From the human T2T-CHM13v2.0 reference genome, Homo sapiens, in the NCBI RefSeq assembly GCF_009914755.1, contig NC_060944.1: 64,000 nucleotides of DNA. The stretch is one strand, 5' to 3'. The position numbers and the translations under genes are program-made. Of the stretch, positions 43,088 to 57,744 are shown one piece after another; the first letter of the stretch is position 1; the number at the start of each line of letters is the position of its first letter. Below the pieces are notes generated by a model. It was not told the DNA's origin. It ran no database searches and saw only the letters and a list, made by a program, of their open reading frames with translations.

Positions 43088-44469
43088 GTAGGGAAATAAA
43101 AGTGGATATAGGAATTATTGTACTTGCTAAAATAATTTTATAAATCAACACTATATATAAAAATATAAACACATATGAATATGTATTTTATAACATATAA
43201 AGAATACATAAACGGACAAAGGCTTTACAGAAAAAAGCCCCTAGTGGTGATTCTCGGGTAGAGGGATTATGTGGTAGGATTATGGTTGACTTAATTGTTT
43301 TCTTATCTGTCCTTCCAAATATCTCATAATGAGCATGTCATACTTTGTATTAAGAAAAAAATTGTATAGGTGATATAATAAAAATAGGAATGTAAAATCA
43401 GGATTATGTATGTCTGTTGACTCATAACATGCCTCCATAGAATCCAGTAATAACATGGATAGCTTTTCCACGAGCTCATCTGTATGATCAGGCAAATGGT
43501 GTCCTGTGAAACCCAATCACGCAGTGGAAAGCAGGATATACCATGCTGAGCAAACAAGTCAGGCACCCTCAAGTGGCTCCACTGTGCTATTCAAAGACTT
43601 CAGCCTCTTAGTTGAGATAATATTGAGGTAATTACAGTAACATAATTAAGTTATGTGACTTTGGAATGCACTAAAAAGAAATATACTTAAAAGAAATAGC
43701 ATGTCAAGAAAATAAGCCAACCTACTGCATTTAAATAATCCTTTAACAAAATGTAATTTGCTTAAAATCCTTAATAAGAGCTCATTCTTTTATTCATAAA
43801 GTATATCAAAATGTGATCAATTTTCCTATAATGAAATAAAATCTGATATTTGTTTACTATTTTTTACTACTATTTCAAGTTGCTGTTAAAAGAAAGCTAC
43901 CCAAATGAAAATATCTGTATTTTCATCCTTTAAGAAAACTTGGTAAAAACGAAAAATTTCAAAACAGGGAATCATGTGACTATGAATTGCATGACATTAA
44001 AAAAAATGGAATTATTCTATGAAAGAATGAGCTTTCACTGCATTTCAAAAAATTTCAGTTTTCCTGCTTCTATAGTTACTTTAATTCTTTCAGGTTCTCT
44101 CTGTAAACACAATTGCTTGTCTAGATGTTACTAATTGTTATCATGAAGGTTCCCTTCTGATCTCACCTAATTTTCTTTCCTATTAGCAGAGGCTGATATT
44201 CATTCATCCAAAAAGTATTTGAGGAGTGTCTACCACATTCCAGACCACATGCTCAGAGCCTGGTGGACTGAGCATCACTGGCCCTACCCTCAGGCCATAA
44301 ATGGGCTGTCCAGTGCCGAGAATAGCAGTGCCTCACAGGCATTTGGTACATATGCATTGAATATTGGCCTTAGGAGGAGGGATCAGGGTGAACCTGTGTG
44401 TACACATTACAGCCTCTCCCAGGGTTGTGGGTTGTCCATGTGAACTTGGGCATTATTACATCATGGCAG

Positions 44470-44665
44470 GTGGATAAGGGCTAACATCCATTGAGCATCC
44501 ACTGAATTCTGGGCAGAACGCTGAACGCTTTACTTGCACTAGGTGATTCACATCCCATTGATCTAGGGACTACCATCACCACACTCTACAGATGTGAAAA
44601 CTGAGGCCCAAGGCAGTTAAATATATTACTTGCCTGGGGTCACACGTAGTGAAATCTGGCGATTG
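44470..44665 (-). mobile_element. MIR
   Basis: ctacagatgtgaaaactgaggccca...acttgcctggggtcacac. Confidence 0.7.
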
Positions 44666-45893
44666 CATCTTCCTGCCAAGGGCATGGAGAAAGAGGAAAG
44701 TGATAAAGACCAGAGGTGTGTTCTTGGGAATGCCCTCCAACTAGGGGAAGAGGGGACAGGACAGCAGAGCAGCAGGAGAAAGGGCATGGAGGGACTTCCT
44801 AAATTCCTAAATGTTCAATGAATTGCGAGGATGCTTCAAGAAAAGCTGGCTCACAGGAAGTTTGGGCTGGACGGGAAGGAGGGCCCAGAAGCACTTGGTA
44901 TCTAGGAACTGGGGGCCTTCCAAGGAGTACCTTCAGCTACATGGGTAGGATATGGCTGAGTTCCTGGGCCTAAGAAGGCGGCTGAGCTATGGAGGCAAGG
45001 TGTTTTTCCCAAAAGGCTTGGAGTGGCGGGCGTGAATCCGCTTAGAGGGATGTCTTGAGTCGGGAGAGAATCCAGGCAAGAATTGCTTCAGGCCAGGATG
45101 AGTTAGCAGAGAGGCTGAAGACATTTGAGAGCTGAAGGCTGGAGAAAGCTCCGAGAGGAGCTGAGGGACAGGGCACAGTGACCCCCAGCTCAGCAGAGGG
45201 CAGGGGAAGGAGACTTTTGGCTCCAATGGGGAACTGAAGAAGACATCTGAGTAAAATATTAGGCAGTGTGATCTGGCGTGAGGCGGGAGATGAGGTGGGC
45301 AGGCAAGACTCAGCATGGCTGAATGGGCAGCTTGATGGCCCAGGCACATGCTGGCTCCTTTGTCATTCCAGAGGGTGACTTTCTGTTCCAGGCTAGTGAT
45401 GCCATTTTTTCCCCATTCACGGTAGTTTCATAAAGTTCTCTTTTAAAATAAACCTATTTAGATAAAATAAATAAATCCATTAAGGGAAGAGGAAAGCAAA
45501 TAATGGTACAGATGGTGCAGGGATGTGGCAAAAATTGTGAAGGGGTGTGGGTGAGTGAAGATTGGACAACATTGCATACAGGAGCACATTTCCTAGTTAA
45601 AAATCATTTAAAATTTAATTAAAAAAAATTTACAGTTAATTGCTTCACCTGCAATGCTGGAAACTGTCTAGGTGGGACCGAATCTGAGCCAAAACCAACA
45701 CCCGCCCAGGGAGAAGAGGGTTGAGTCCTTGGCAGGGGTTCCCGGCTGTTCTTGGCAGAGAATGTGGCCTGGAGAAGCTGTCCAGCTGGCTCGAACATGT
45801 GGATTTGCAGCTGTACACTCAAACCGGGTTCCATACTATTTTTTTTTAATGAACTAGTTACCCTTGTTTCAGTGCCCCATTAAAATGTTTTTG

Positions 45894-46526
<633 letters not shown>

Positions 46527-48147
46527 TTACTCTATAACTTCAAGGCATTTCAAAAGAAAATTAAAAATCTTTGCTCTAATGGGCTAAGAAGCAAAGGAAA
46601 TGGACTGATAGGGTTTGATCTGACGGTGTCCTCTATGGCCAACATCATTGCGTCTCTGCTGAGAACCCATAGCCTTTTTTGATTCTGGGCACTGAGACAT
46701 AAACAAGACCTAAAGACAAATGCCAGCTTCTTATTAGATTTTAACCTTTCTTTCAGATTTTCTTTGGAATACTGAATGGACTAATCAATTTTCCTATTTT
46801 CATTCTAGAAACTCAAATAGTACTTGCCAGGTAGAGATGAAAAGACAGTAGGTTCCAGAACCCTTTCTTTCTTCTAGGACATACACGGGGCACACAAGCA
46901 GTTTTATAAGTTACAAACATATGCAGAGAATAAAATTTTAACATAAAAGAAAAGTGTGAAATGCCTCATAACATTAACTTTTATTCATGTATGGAGAAAA
47001 ATCACTATTTCCCCCTATTTGCTTCATTTAAAAATTTCCTCCAGTGAAATACAATTAGTTGCTGAAAAAAGGTAACCCTAGGAACAAAATGCTGTGCACC
47101 TGTGTCTTCTAGACTTTCAGTGGTGTTGCTGTGCCACCCTCAGCTGTCAGGTCAAAGATTAGTTAGGATGAAACTTTTCTGGGGCAGAATGAATGCATAA
47201 TTGCATTTAAAAATGAATCTGCTTGATACTCAAGATTACTTGCCTGCTCCATCCGTGAGATTCATAAAGAAATTAGGTCACTCAGTAGGACATAAGTTCA
47301 AAATTAAGACATTCCAATTTATCATGAGGACAAAGTACAGTTTCAAACAAAATCTTCTACATAAAGAAAGATTCAGCTAAATATCCATTAACCTAAAAAT
47401 TAACAAAGGAAAACTTTGAAGACACAAATCGTGATTTTAGGGGGTCTTATTTTCTAGACAAGTTTTGAAAACATCAAAACATGGTTATGTAAACTGCTTT
47501 CAAAGATAAGACCCTTGATTACTGGTGCTGCAAAAATAGGAAACAAATATCAAATGATATAAAAACACCGAATTTGATTTTACAGCACTTCCTTCAAAAC
47601 TCCAATTAAATTAAATGCAAATAATGTAAGCATATATCAGCCAGAAAGGTTATAATCCTTCTAATAAAATCCATATGGTTTTAAAGGAGGTTTTACATAG
47701 AAAAAGAGACTTTAGAAAGAAAAAACAAAAAATATGTACTGGTCTAAAACTTTGAAATAACAACCAGACTGTATGCCTGGGACAGCGTGAATTACTGTGA
47801 GTAGAGAATGCTGTTTGTATTCATTTTAGTGTCTGTTAGGAAGTTAGGCAGATAGTAATTTTAAAAAATGGGCTGGTAGAGTTTTGCTATTGATTTGTAA
47901 AGGTGACTTGTGTACCATGTGACAAGGTATGTAACTGATATGACTTATTCAGATGCAATCACAATTTAAAGATTTCATACATTTCTTTATAAATATTCCT
48001 TAATAATCCAGAAAATATCACATAAATACTCGTATAGTAAGAACGGAATTGTGAACTCCGTATTACTACTAGCCATTCTTAGCATGTGAATTCCAGAAGT
48101 GTTTTCCAAAATGGAAGGCACTGATGGAGATTTACTGTTCAGTATTG

Positions 48148-48368
48148 TAGGGGTTACCAAACTATGGCCCACAAGCCAAATCTGGCACGCTGGTTTGTTT
48201 TGTAAATAAAGTTTTATTGAAACACAGCCATGCCCACTTATTTACATATTGGCTCTGGCTGCTTTTGTGTTGTACCAGCAGAGTCTAGTCACTGCGGCAG
48301 GATCTTCTGGCCCCAGAATCTCAAATATTTTCTCTCTGGCCCTTTACAGAAAAGCTTGCCAACCTCTG
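48148..48368. mobile_element. MER58A (hAT-Charlie)
   Basis: caaactatggcccacaagccaaatctggc...tttgtaaataaagttttattgaaacacagccatgcc...ggccctttacagaaaa. Confidence 0.88.
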
Positions 48369-49111
48369 GCTTGTAGAATCATTCAGAATTGTGATGATTT
48401 ATATGTACTTTAATATCCACCGTGATAGCGAATTGGCAGATTAATTAATTTTGTTTCTCTTTGCTTTGTTACAGTCAAAATAAATTAGGTGTTTATTTTA
48501 GAACTTGTGGCTGATTAATGCTCAAAAACAAATAAGCAAAATCACTCATCAGAACTAAATACTCTGCAAGTTATTTTCACAAAAATAAACGAGGCGGAGA
48601 ATAAACAGGACAAAAAATGGGTAATATAAATAATGAGACACTTATTCAAAGCTGAAGACTACCCTCAGGCTGCTAGGACAACTTAGGCTCTCACAAAAAA
48701 CGATTAACCTTGCTCGGAATGCATTCGCCCTCTTTTCTGTGAAGTAAACATTTCTTGTCAAAGGCATCCTGACAGTGGTAATTAAGTTCAGAAAGTTCTA
48801 TACTGAGTGGGAGATGTGCCTGTATTGCTTGACTTTTTTTTTTTTTTTTTTAATGAGAAGACAACATCTCATGGTAGAGAGCTGAACTTTCAATTTTACA
48901 GGCGAATTCTACCAGTTTATAAATTTGGGATGCAACTGTAAATAAATACATAATAAATGTTCTCTAAAATACAAGATATAGGTAATAAGAGTTAAGAGGA
49001 AAATAATTGCAGTGATCAAAACAGAATTTAAAAATAGAGGTAAAATGAATGGCTTGGAGCATCTCATAGGCTGGGAGAATGCTCTGAACCCATGCATCGC
49101 CCCGGTCAGAA

Positions 49112-49130
49112 GGACCACCAGGGGGCGCCT
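49112..49130 (+). promoter_or_regulatory. CTCF binding motif
   Basis: GGACCACCAGGGGGCGCCT contains the full core CCACCAGGGGGCGC (49115-49128) in unique sequence, with CpGs retained nearby. Confidence 0.75.
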
Positions 49131-49584
49131 TGTTTCTAAGCTTTCCCTAGGGGTTGTTCTTGGTTAAGATTCCTGGATTGGTAAAGATTCTTTGCCGTGT
49201 TTGGAGAGATCCTGAAACTGATTAATCAACTCTGAGGCTTTCAGTTCCTTGCCAATGATCCAACAGATCCATCCCAGTGGGATGGTTATGTCCCTTAGAT
49301 TTAGGAACCTGTATTTTAATTAATATAGCTTTCAAGCTACAAAGTTTTGTAAAACCTATAGTCAAGTGCAGCCCTGGATCTTTTTCATATGAATTTGTGC
49401 TTAGGTTAAGATTTATTCCCCGAAGAACTGTTTATGGAAAACCAGAGGATGTATATTAGAGTTCTGGGAATCTAGTGTCTCTTTTCTTCATCCTCAGAGT
49501 ATGTGACCTTGAGCCAATGGCTTGACCTCCTCAGGCTCCAACTTCCCTAACTGCCACTTTTGCAAGCTGAGTTTATAAACATGA

Positions 49585-50099
<515 letters not shown>

Positions 50100-51169
50100 T
50101 GACAAAGGACGAGTGTTCCCTTCCAGTCCTGGGATACCTCTAACTTGGATTTTCATTTTTCCAAGCCTTCATCCTAGTTCAACATTCACAGTCAAGTGGA
50201 GCTCCAAGGTGCAAAACCAGGCATTCTCCTTCCAGGTTGATAGCAACTGACACTTTTTGGGGAAAGCCTGTCATGAGTGATACCTTGGGGAAGCCAAGGT
50301 CAAGGGCAAAGAGGGCAATGACCATCACTGGGGAGGCTCACCGGGTCCTGGGCCTAAAGTCCACTCTCCCAGGTCCTCCTGCTTTCCTGTTGGATGCCAG
50401 TCACACACCCTGATCTTTTGGTGGCCCCTGGTGTCTTCCCACTTTGCTAAGCCTTTGATGGCTTGGTTCTGAGATGCATGTGTCCTCACTGCCTCAAATA
50501 GCGAAGAGGGACCCGTGTTGTCCATCTTTCGTCTGTGTCTGTTCTCCTCATTTCTCTGGGTGTACCATGTCCAGCGCTGAGGATTGGTTTTCTTCCTAAC
50601 AGTCAAAACATTTGTCTCAGTCTGCCTTGGACAATCTGACTTTGTAGTGCTCACAGAGCTTTATCATTTGCCTCACAGTAGATGGAGTTTTTAAAGTCTT
50701 TTTTTTTTTTTTTACTTCTTTTTATCAAGTTACTGGCAACAAATTCCCAGGGCCTGGCTCAGAGGGCATTTAAAGGGTGCCACCTAGGACCACAACAGTT
50801 GCAATTTAAATCACAACCTAGAGGCATGGTCAGTGCAGAGGAACATACAGCCTTCCAAGCTCCGGGGAAGTGGCTTGTCTTATGAGTTTCACAGACAGGG
50901 TAAGGAGTTGGGGAATCTGGTCCCAAAGGTCTGTGAGTCTTCAAAGTTCCTCTTACTGTTTCTCCCAAGAGGCCTTATGAGTCCTCAGGCAAACATAGCT
51001 ATTGATGACCTGATCTGGCAGCTCATACCCTTCTGGAGCTGGGCTCCAAAAGAGATTCCCAATGCGTCAATGCATGGTCTTTAATGTATCACTGACCTTA
51101 CACTACAAGAAAGAATGCTGGGGGCAGTACAATACATTTTAGAAATACCTCTATCAGTGAATTAACTTT

Positions 51170-52080
51170 TCCCTTAAACAGTTATTATTAAAGTGAAATT
51201 CACACAACATAAAATAACCATTTTAAAGTGAACAATTCAGTGACATTTAGTGCATGCTCAATGTCATACAAACACCGCTCTTTCTGCTTTCACATATTCA
51301 TCAACCCCAAAAGAAACCCTGTACCAATAAACAATTACCCCTCATTCCTCCTCCTTCCAGGCTGGAAACTACCAATCTGGCATCCTGTCTCTATGGATTT
51401 ATGTATTCCAAATATTTCATATAAATAAAATTGTACAACACGTGACATTTTGTGTCTGGCTTGTTCCACTTAGTTATAGCCTGTGTCAGTGGTTCATTCC
51501 TTTTCACGGCTGATTACTATTCCATTGTATGCACATATCACAATTTGTTTATGATCATCAGTTGATGGACATTTGGGCTGTTTGCACCTTTTGCCTATTG
51601 TGAATAGTGTTGATATGAACATTCACGCACAAGTTTTTGTTTGAATACCTGTTTTCAACCATTTTGGCTATGTATCTAAGAGTGTAATGGCTGGGTCATA
51701 TGATAATTCTGTGTTTAACTTATTGAAGAAGGATTAATTTTTGTGCATTTTAAAATTGTTTGTATTTTTGTTGTTGAGTTGTAAGAGTACTTTATATATT
51801 CTGGATACTAGATCCTTATCAAATATATGACTTGCAAATATTTTTTTTTTCGTGGATTGTCTTTTCACTTTTTTGATAATGTCATAATTACTTTTTGCCT
51901 TTTGTAAAAGTCAGGTTTATTAAGGTTTATTTACATATAATAACATTTACCCTTTCAAAGGATTCAGCAGCATGACTTTTGGCAAATATATATAGATATG
52001 CAGCCGCCAGAGTCAAGATGTAATATTTGCACCACCACAAAAAGGTTCTCTTGGGCCCTTTTGAAGTTAATTCCCTCCCA
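51170..52080 (-). mobile_element. L1MB-like 3' region
   Basis: aaattcacacaacataaaat.accattttaaagtgaacaattcagtg...tgatggacatttgggctgttt...tatatattctggatactag. Confidence 0.85.
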
Positions 52081-52488
52081 GTGCTAATTACTTGTTAAGT
52101 TTTGTTATTAAACTAATTTTTAATTTTCTAAAATAATTAACTACTGTGGAACACCTAACTAACAAATACTAGATCAATGATGCACCATTGTAGTATTTGT
52201 ATTGACCCTGTGCAGCTTGAAGAGTATTGACATTTTATAGTTTGAATTTACTCTTTCCTGGGACCCAGCTGCAAGGGTAACACTTGTTTCAGCTGTACAG
52301 ACTTGGAGTGCCAGCAGGAAGCACTGAAGCCGGCTCTTCTCTCCTGATGATTCTCCAAGAAGATTCACTCTGGTACGAATGCAGAGGCAGATTCCACTGT
52401 AAAATACATTCCATCAAATTGTTCCACATGCAATCTTCATACATCTAGGGCATAGGCAGAACTATTTCTTTCACAGTGTTTTTTTCTA

Positions 52489-52875
<387 letters not shown>

Positions 52876-53889
52876 TTATGAACATCTACCCTCCACCCCA
52901 AAGTTCCATGTTCTGCCATGGAGTTGCTCAGTTTCTTGTCAAAACCAGATGTTCTTGTGCTGCCTCCATCCTGCAGAGGGGGTTCAGGCATTATTTGAAC
53001 CCTTTATTTGAGCTAGGTTGAATTGGTCTAGATTTCTAAAACTTAGAAGAGCCTGATCCATAGAACTGATACATGGAGGGAGGTTTCACAGAATAGGCCT
53101 CAAGAAGAAATGTGGGATTCTTATAAGATCATCAGGACACAGTCAGTAGGTGACAGGGAGAATAGCCTCCAAATCTTACACTGAGAAGTTCGTGATCTGT
53201 GTTGGCAAAACAGTAAATAGAAACACCTTGATGCTCAAGTCACGTGCTTTTAAGTCTTTCTGAGCGTACGGGATAAAAAAATTGGCAGCGTGCGATGCTT
53301 CCTCACGCAGCTGGGTCTTGGTGTTCATGTCATTTACCACATCACATTGAAATGATCTGTTTACATGTCTGTCGTCCACACTAGATTGCCATCTCTTCAG
53401 GGGCTGGGCCAGTTTTATTTGACCTTGTTTTCACAAGGTCTCTGTAATGTCTCGACAGTGGGGGACACTCAGCCCCTGTTTCCAAGGACCCAGGCTGTAT
53501 CACCTTCTGCACTCAAAATGGTTCGCAAACACTATATCATCAGTTATACCTTCTGTGGGCTGTTTCTGTCTTCTCACCTCTCCTTAGTATCTCTGCTATC
53601 TCTGAAACTACCTTCATTTAAATTACTTTCCTAGTATCTTTGAAGTAGGCAAGTAGATATTTAACGCTGAAGTCCAAAATATTCAGGTTAATAATGGAAA
53701 AGATAGCTATTGCTGAACAACTAAATGTAAGGCATGATATTAGATAATGAGCCAGAAAAATAATTGCTCTAAAGGACACTATTGAGTCCACTGGTGAAGC
53801 TGGAATACAGAGCCACACTACATGCATTATTCATCTGCCTTCCTATTCATTCTATTATGTTTTCCTCCTGGTTCTAACTGTAGATAAGA

Positions 53890-54175
53890 GTTTTATGTCA
53901 AGGTAAAATTTCCTGAATTTGATAACAGTATTGTTATATTAGAAACTGTCCTTTTCCTTGGGAAATGCACACTGAGCTACTTAAGGATAAAGAGACATGA
54001 TGTATGCAATTTAATCTCAGATGGCTCAGACAGAGAGAGAATTTATGATAAAGGGAATGTGGCAAAATGCTAGCCATCGGTGAATTTGGGTAAAGAGTAT
54101 TGGGAACCTTTTGTACTATTCTTGCAACTTTTATGTAAGCTAAGCATTATTTCTAAATAAAGTTAATAAAAAGTT
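53890..54175 (+). mobile_element. L1MC4-like 3' end
   Basis: tttcctgaatttgataac...ggtgaatttgggtaaagag...ttgtactattcttgcaacttt. Confidence 0.65.
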
Positions 54176-54628
54176 ATTTCCAAGATTAAACCTTTTCTTT
54201 GATATTGATACTCTGTGAATAAAGAGCACAAGCAACAGTTAGCCAGGATGGACAGGTGGAAGCGATACGTCCTTATTTATCCATTCCTCTAGTCCTGTTC
54301 ATTTTTGCCCTGATTCTAACTTCCTCCTCTTATTGTCTAAGTGTGGACATGCCCCAAGGCCCCTTTGCTTGCAGTCTTTCCCTCCACACTTCCTTGGTGC
54401 TCTTGATTCCGCTCGTGGCTTCTGTCACCCAAGTATATTGCACACTGTTGTGTTCAGGGTGCTAGGGCAGGTTGCAGAGGTTTGATTTATGGTTGTGTAG
54501 ATAAAGCAGTGCACAGAGGTGCTTATGACCTGGATGTTCACAAAATCATGTACTTTAAATGAAATTGGAAATTGTCAAGCCCTCACTCTCTACTCATCAT
54601 CCCTGCTCCTGTTTTAAGAGACTAAGGA

Positions 54629-54724
54629 GGCTGGGCATGGTGGCTCACACCTGTAATCCCAGCACTTTGGGAGGCTGAGGCAAGAGGAGAGCAGTTCAAG
54701 ACAAGCCTAGGCAACATGGAGAGA
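54629..54724 (+). mobile_element. Alu left-arm fragment
   Basis: ggctgggcatggtggctcacacctgtaatcccagcactttgggaggctgaggc. Confidence 0.85.
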
Positions 54725-54869
54725 TCAGAGCAGACTGGTTTTGACTTTCATCACCATTCAAAGTAAACTATGCTAGGGAATATCACCAAAAACTTCCAAC
54801 TGGAAATCTAATGGACAGTGTCCAACCTTTGTTACAGTCACCTCTTAAGAAGCTGTGTAATCTAGGGTA

Positions 54870-55180
54870 AGAGTAACAGCAAAAACATATAGAATTTACT
54901 AATGCAGGCTCTGTTCTAGGCGCTTAACATATAATTACCAATTTAATTATCTCAACAATTCTAGCAGCAAATTTTATTATCATTCTCACTTTACAGCGAG
55001 AAGCTGGGGCATAGAGAGGTTGAATAACTGGACTAATTTAGTGAGTGGTGGAGCTAGAACCGTAGCTTAGGAATCTATGGCTTTATCATAACATTACATG
55101 GCATGCAGAATGCTCATCATGGTTCCTGGTATACAGTCAGAGTTCAATCCATGTTAGCTATTATTGTTATTATTAGCTAT
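54870..55180. mobile_element. MIR fragments
   Basis: ctgttctaggcgctt...ttattatcattctcactttacag...agagaggttgaataact. Confidence 0.65.
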
Positions 55181-55221
55181 CGGCTCTGGGGTGAAGGTCT
55201 GGGTCTGATGGCCTAGCAAGA

Positions 55222-55545
55222 GCTATGCTGCCCAACACGGGTTCCCAGAGCCACATGTGGTTGAGCCCTGGATATGCGGTTCCTTCAAATTGAGATGTGC
55301 TTTAAGTGTAAAGTATACACTGGTTTGAAGATTTAATACACAGAAAAAAAAATCCTGATAACTTGAAAATATTTTGGATATAGTGGGTTCATTAAGATGC
55401 ATCATTAAAATTAATTTTGCATTTTTTTACCTTTAAAAATATATTCGCTAACAAATTTAAAGTTACAAACATAATTTTACGTTTTTTTACGTACGTTTTT
55501 TACTTAATTTTACGTACTTACATTGAATTTCTATTGTTCCATGTT
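55222..55545. mobile_element. MER33-like (hAT-Charlie)
   Basis: agccacatgtgg...aattgagatgtgctttaagtgtaaa.tatacactgg...atattttggatata...attaaaattaattt. Confidence 0.7.
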
Positions 55546-56049
55546 GGCCTTAGGCACTAGAGAGATAGCTTGAAGCCTGGAGCTTCCACTGGGAAAAAGC
55601 ATTAGGCTCGGGGCACTGCTCAGCTGCGGATGGGAGAAAACAGAGACAGTCTTGGAACAGGATCCCAAGGACCTGCACAATTGCCAGCATATTCACACAC
55701 TGCCCCTCTAAGCCAGGGAATTGAGGGCCGCAGACGTGAAAGGCTGCGGTGAACTTTTCCATTTTCAGCATAATTGCTTCAAACTGTGGCTGAGCAGGCA
55801 GGCCCCAAGCACCACCTGCCATCAAACACTCAGAGGGGTGAAGAGTCCCAGCATTTCCCACCTCCAGGCTGGCAAAAGGCTTCAGCTGGCCTCACCAGAA
55901 GTCCTGCCCCTCACACGGAGGCCCCGCCTCCTTACTCTCATTGAGCCTGCTCTGCTGCTGGTCCAGGTAGATTTTTTTCTGGTCACCTTGCTGTTTCCGG
56001 GTTACTCGTAAAGCTTCCGGGAACATGGTTGTCTTAAGCTCTTTAAAAC

Positions 56050-56992
56050 CTACCTGATAACCTAATGGTTTATTCTCTTCTCCCTGGGCTGAGGGGTAGA
56101 GGAAAAGCGCAGAAACTCGCACACTTGCTGCAGACTCTTCCTGAAGCATCTCCACCTGGCTGTGCCCTGTAAACTCGTAAGTCCAATCTCTCCAAAACTG
56201 TTCTCGTGCCCAGTCCCCATAATCTTTTTCTCTTGTGTGCTGGTCTCAGTAAATTCTCCACCACTCTGGGCCATACCCCAGGCATCATCTCAGCCTCTCC
56301 TTCTCCTTCAGTCTCCTGGCCAATCAATCACCAAGTTGTGTGTGTTCTGCCTTCTAAGTATAGCTGGAACCTTTCCTGTGGTCTGTCTCCCATCATGGTC
56401 TAGGCCGTCACTGACTGTCACCTGAATCACAGCAAGGACTCTTTTTCTGGCCTTCCTGTTTGCAATTTGACCCACACACCCCCAGCCAAACACTGAGCAC
56501 CAGGGCGTGTCTTCCTAAAGCTGCATCTGGTGGTATCCTGTGAATGCTGCTGTGAAGTCCAAGCTCCTACAGATGATTTCCCGCCAGGCCTTTTATCAGG
56601 TCTTGATTCTGCAGCCTCTTTACTCACCCTTCTCCCTCTCTCACTTTACAGTCTAGTCATCAAAGTCTTCTTCCTTTTTTTTTTTTTTTTTTTTTGCCTG
56701 AAATCCATCAACCCAGCCCTCTCCTAATACTACCTCTGTGCCGCCTACTCCCATCCTCACCCCAAAATTTTGCCTGCCAAGCTGACTCTTCCTTAAGGTC
56801 TCAGTTAGCCACCTCTTACTCTGGGAGAGCATCCTCTTCCCTTCTACCTTCCCCCATAAGAGCACTTTGCATTCTGCTTTATAGACTGATTTTGAGCATG
56901 GACTACTCCTGATTCCCATCTGTGGCTCACCACTAGCAAAGTGCCAGGGCCGTAGTAGTTGTCCAATAAACACTTGTTACATAAATGAAAGG
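56050..56992 (+). mobile_element. L2
   Basis: atctccacctgg.tgt...aaactc...ccaatcaatcaccaag...caataaacacttgtt..ataaatgaa. Confidence 0.65.
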
Positions 56993-57339
56993 ATTCCCAC
57001 AACTGACTGTTGCTAGAGGGCAGCCTATCTCTGGGTCAAAAAGACTCTAAAGCCTAGACAGATACTGACAGTCGAGCCAGTATGATTTCCGACTTCTTAT
57101 AAAAAATGAAACGTCCACGATCAAAGGCGATAGCTCTCTACAACCCAAACTTCTTTCTTCTTGGCCAGCTGATGAAATGTTCATCTTTCCAGGTCCCACA
57201 GTCACTGCCTGCTCTCCTTTTTACTTATTATTATTATTATTATTATTTTTTAAGGGTGACCAGTATAAGAGTGGGCCAGTGAAGGTGAGACTGGGGCAAA
57301 GTTGGGTAGAAATGATTTCTGTTTAGCTTTGGGGAGTGA

Positions 57340-57744
<405 letters not shown>

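Noticed and set aside
57008-57026. CTCF-like ttgctagagggcagc (similar weak matches near 6687 and 33915)
   Set aside because: They lack the key CC positions of the core and are too weak to call without ChIP data.
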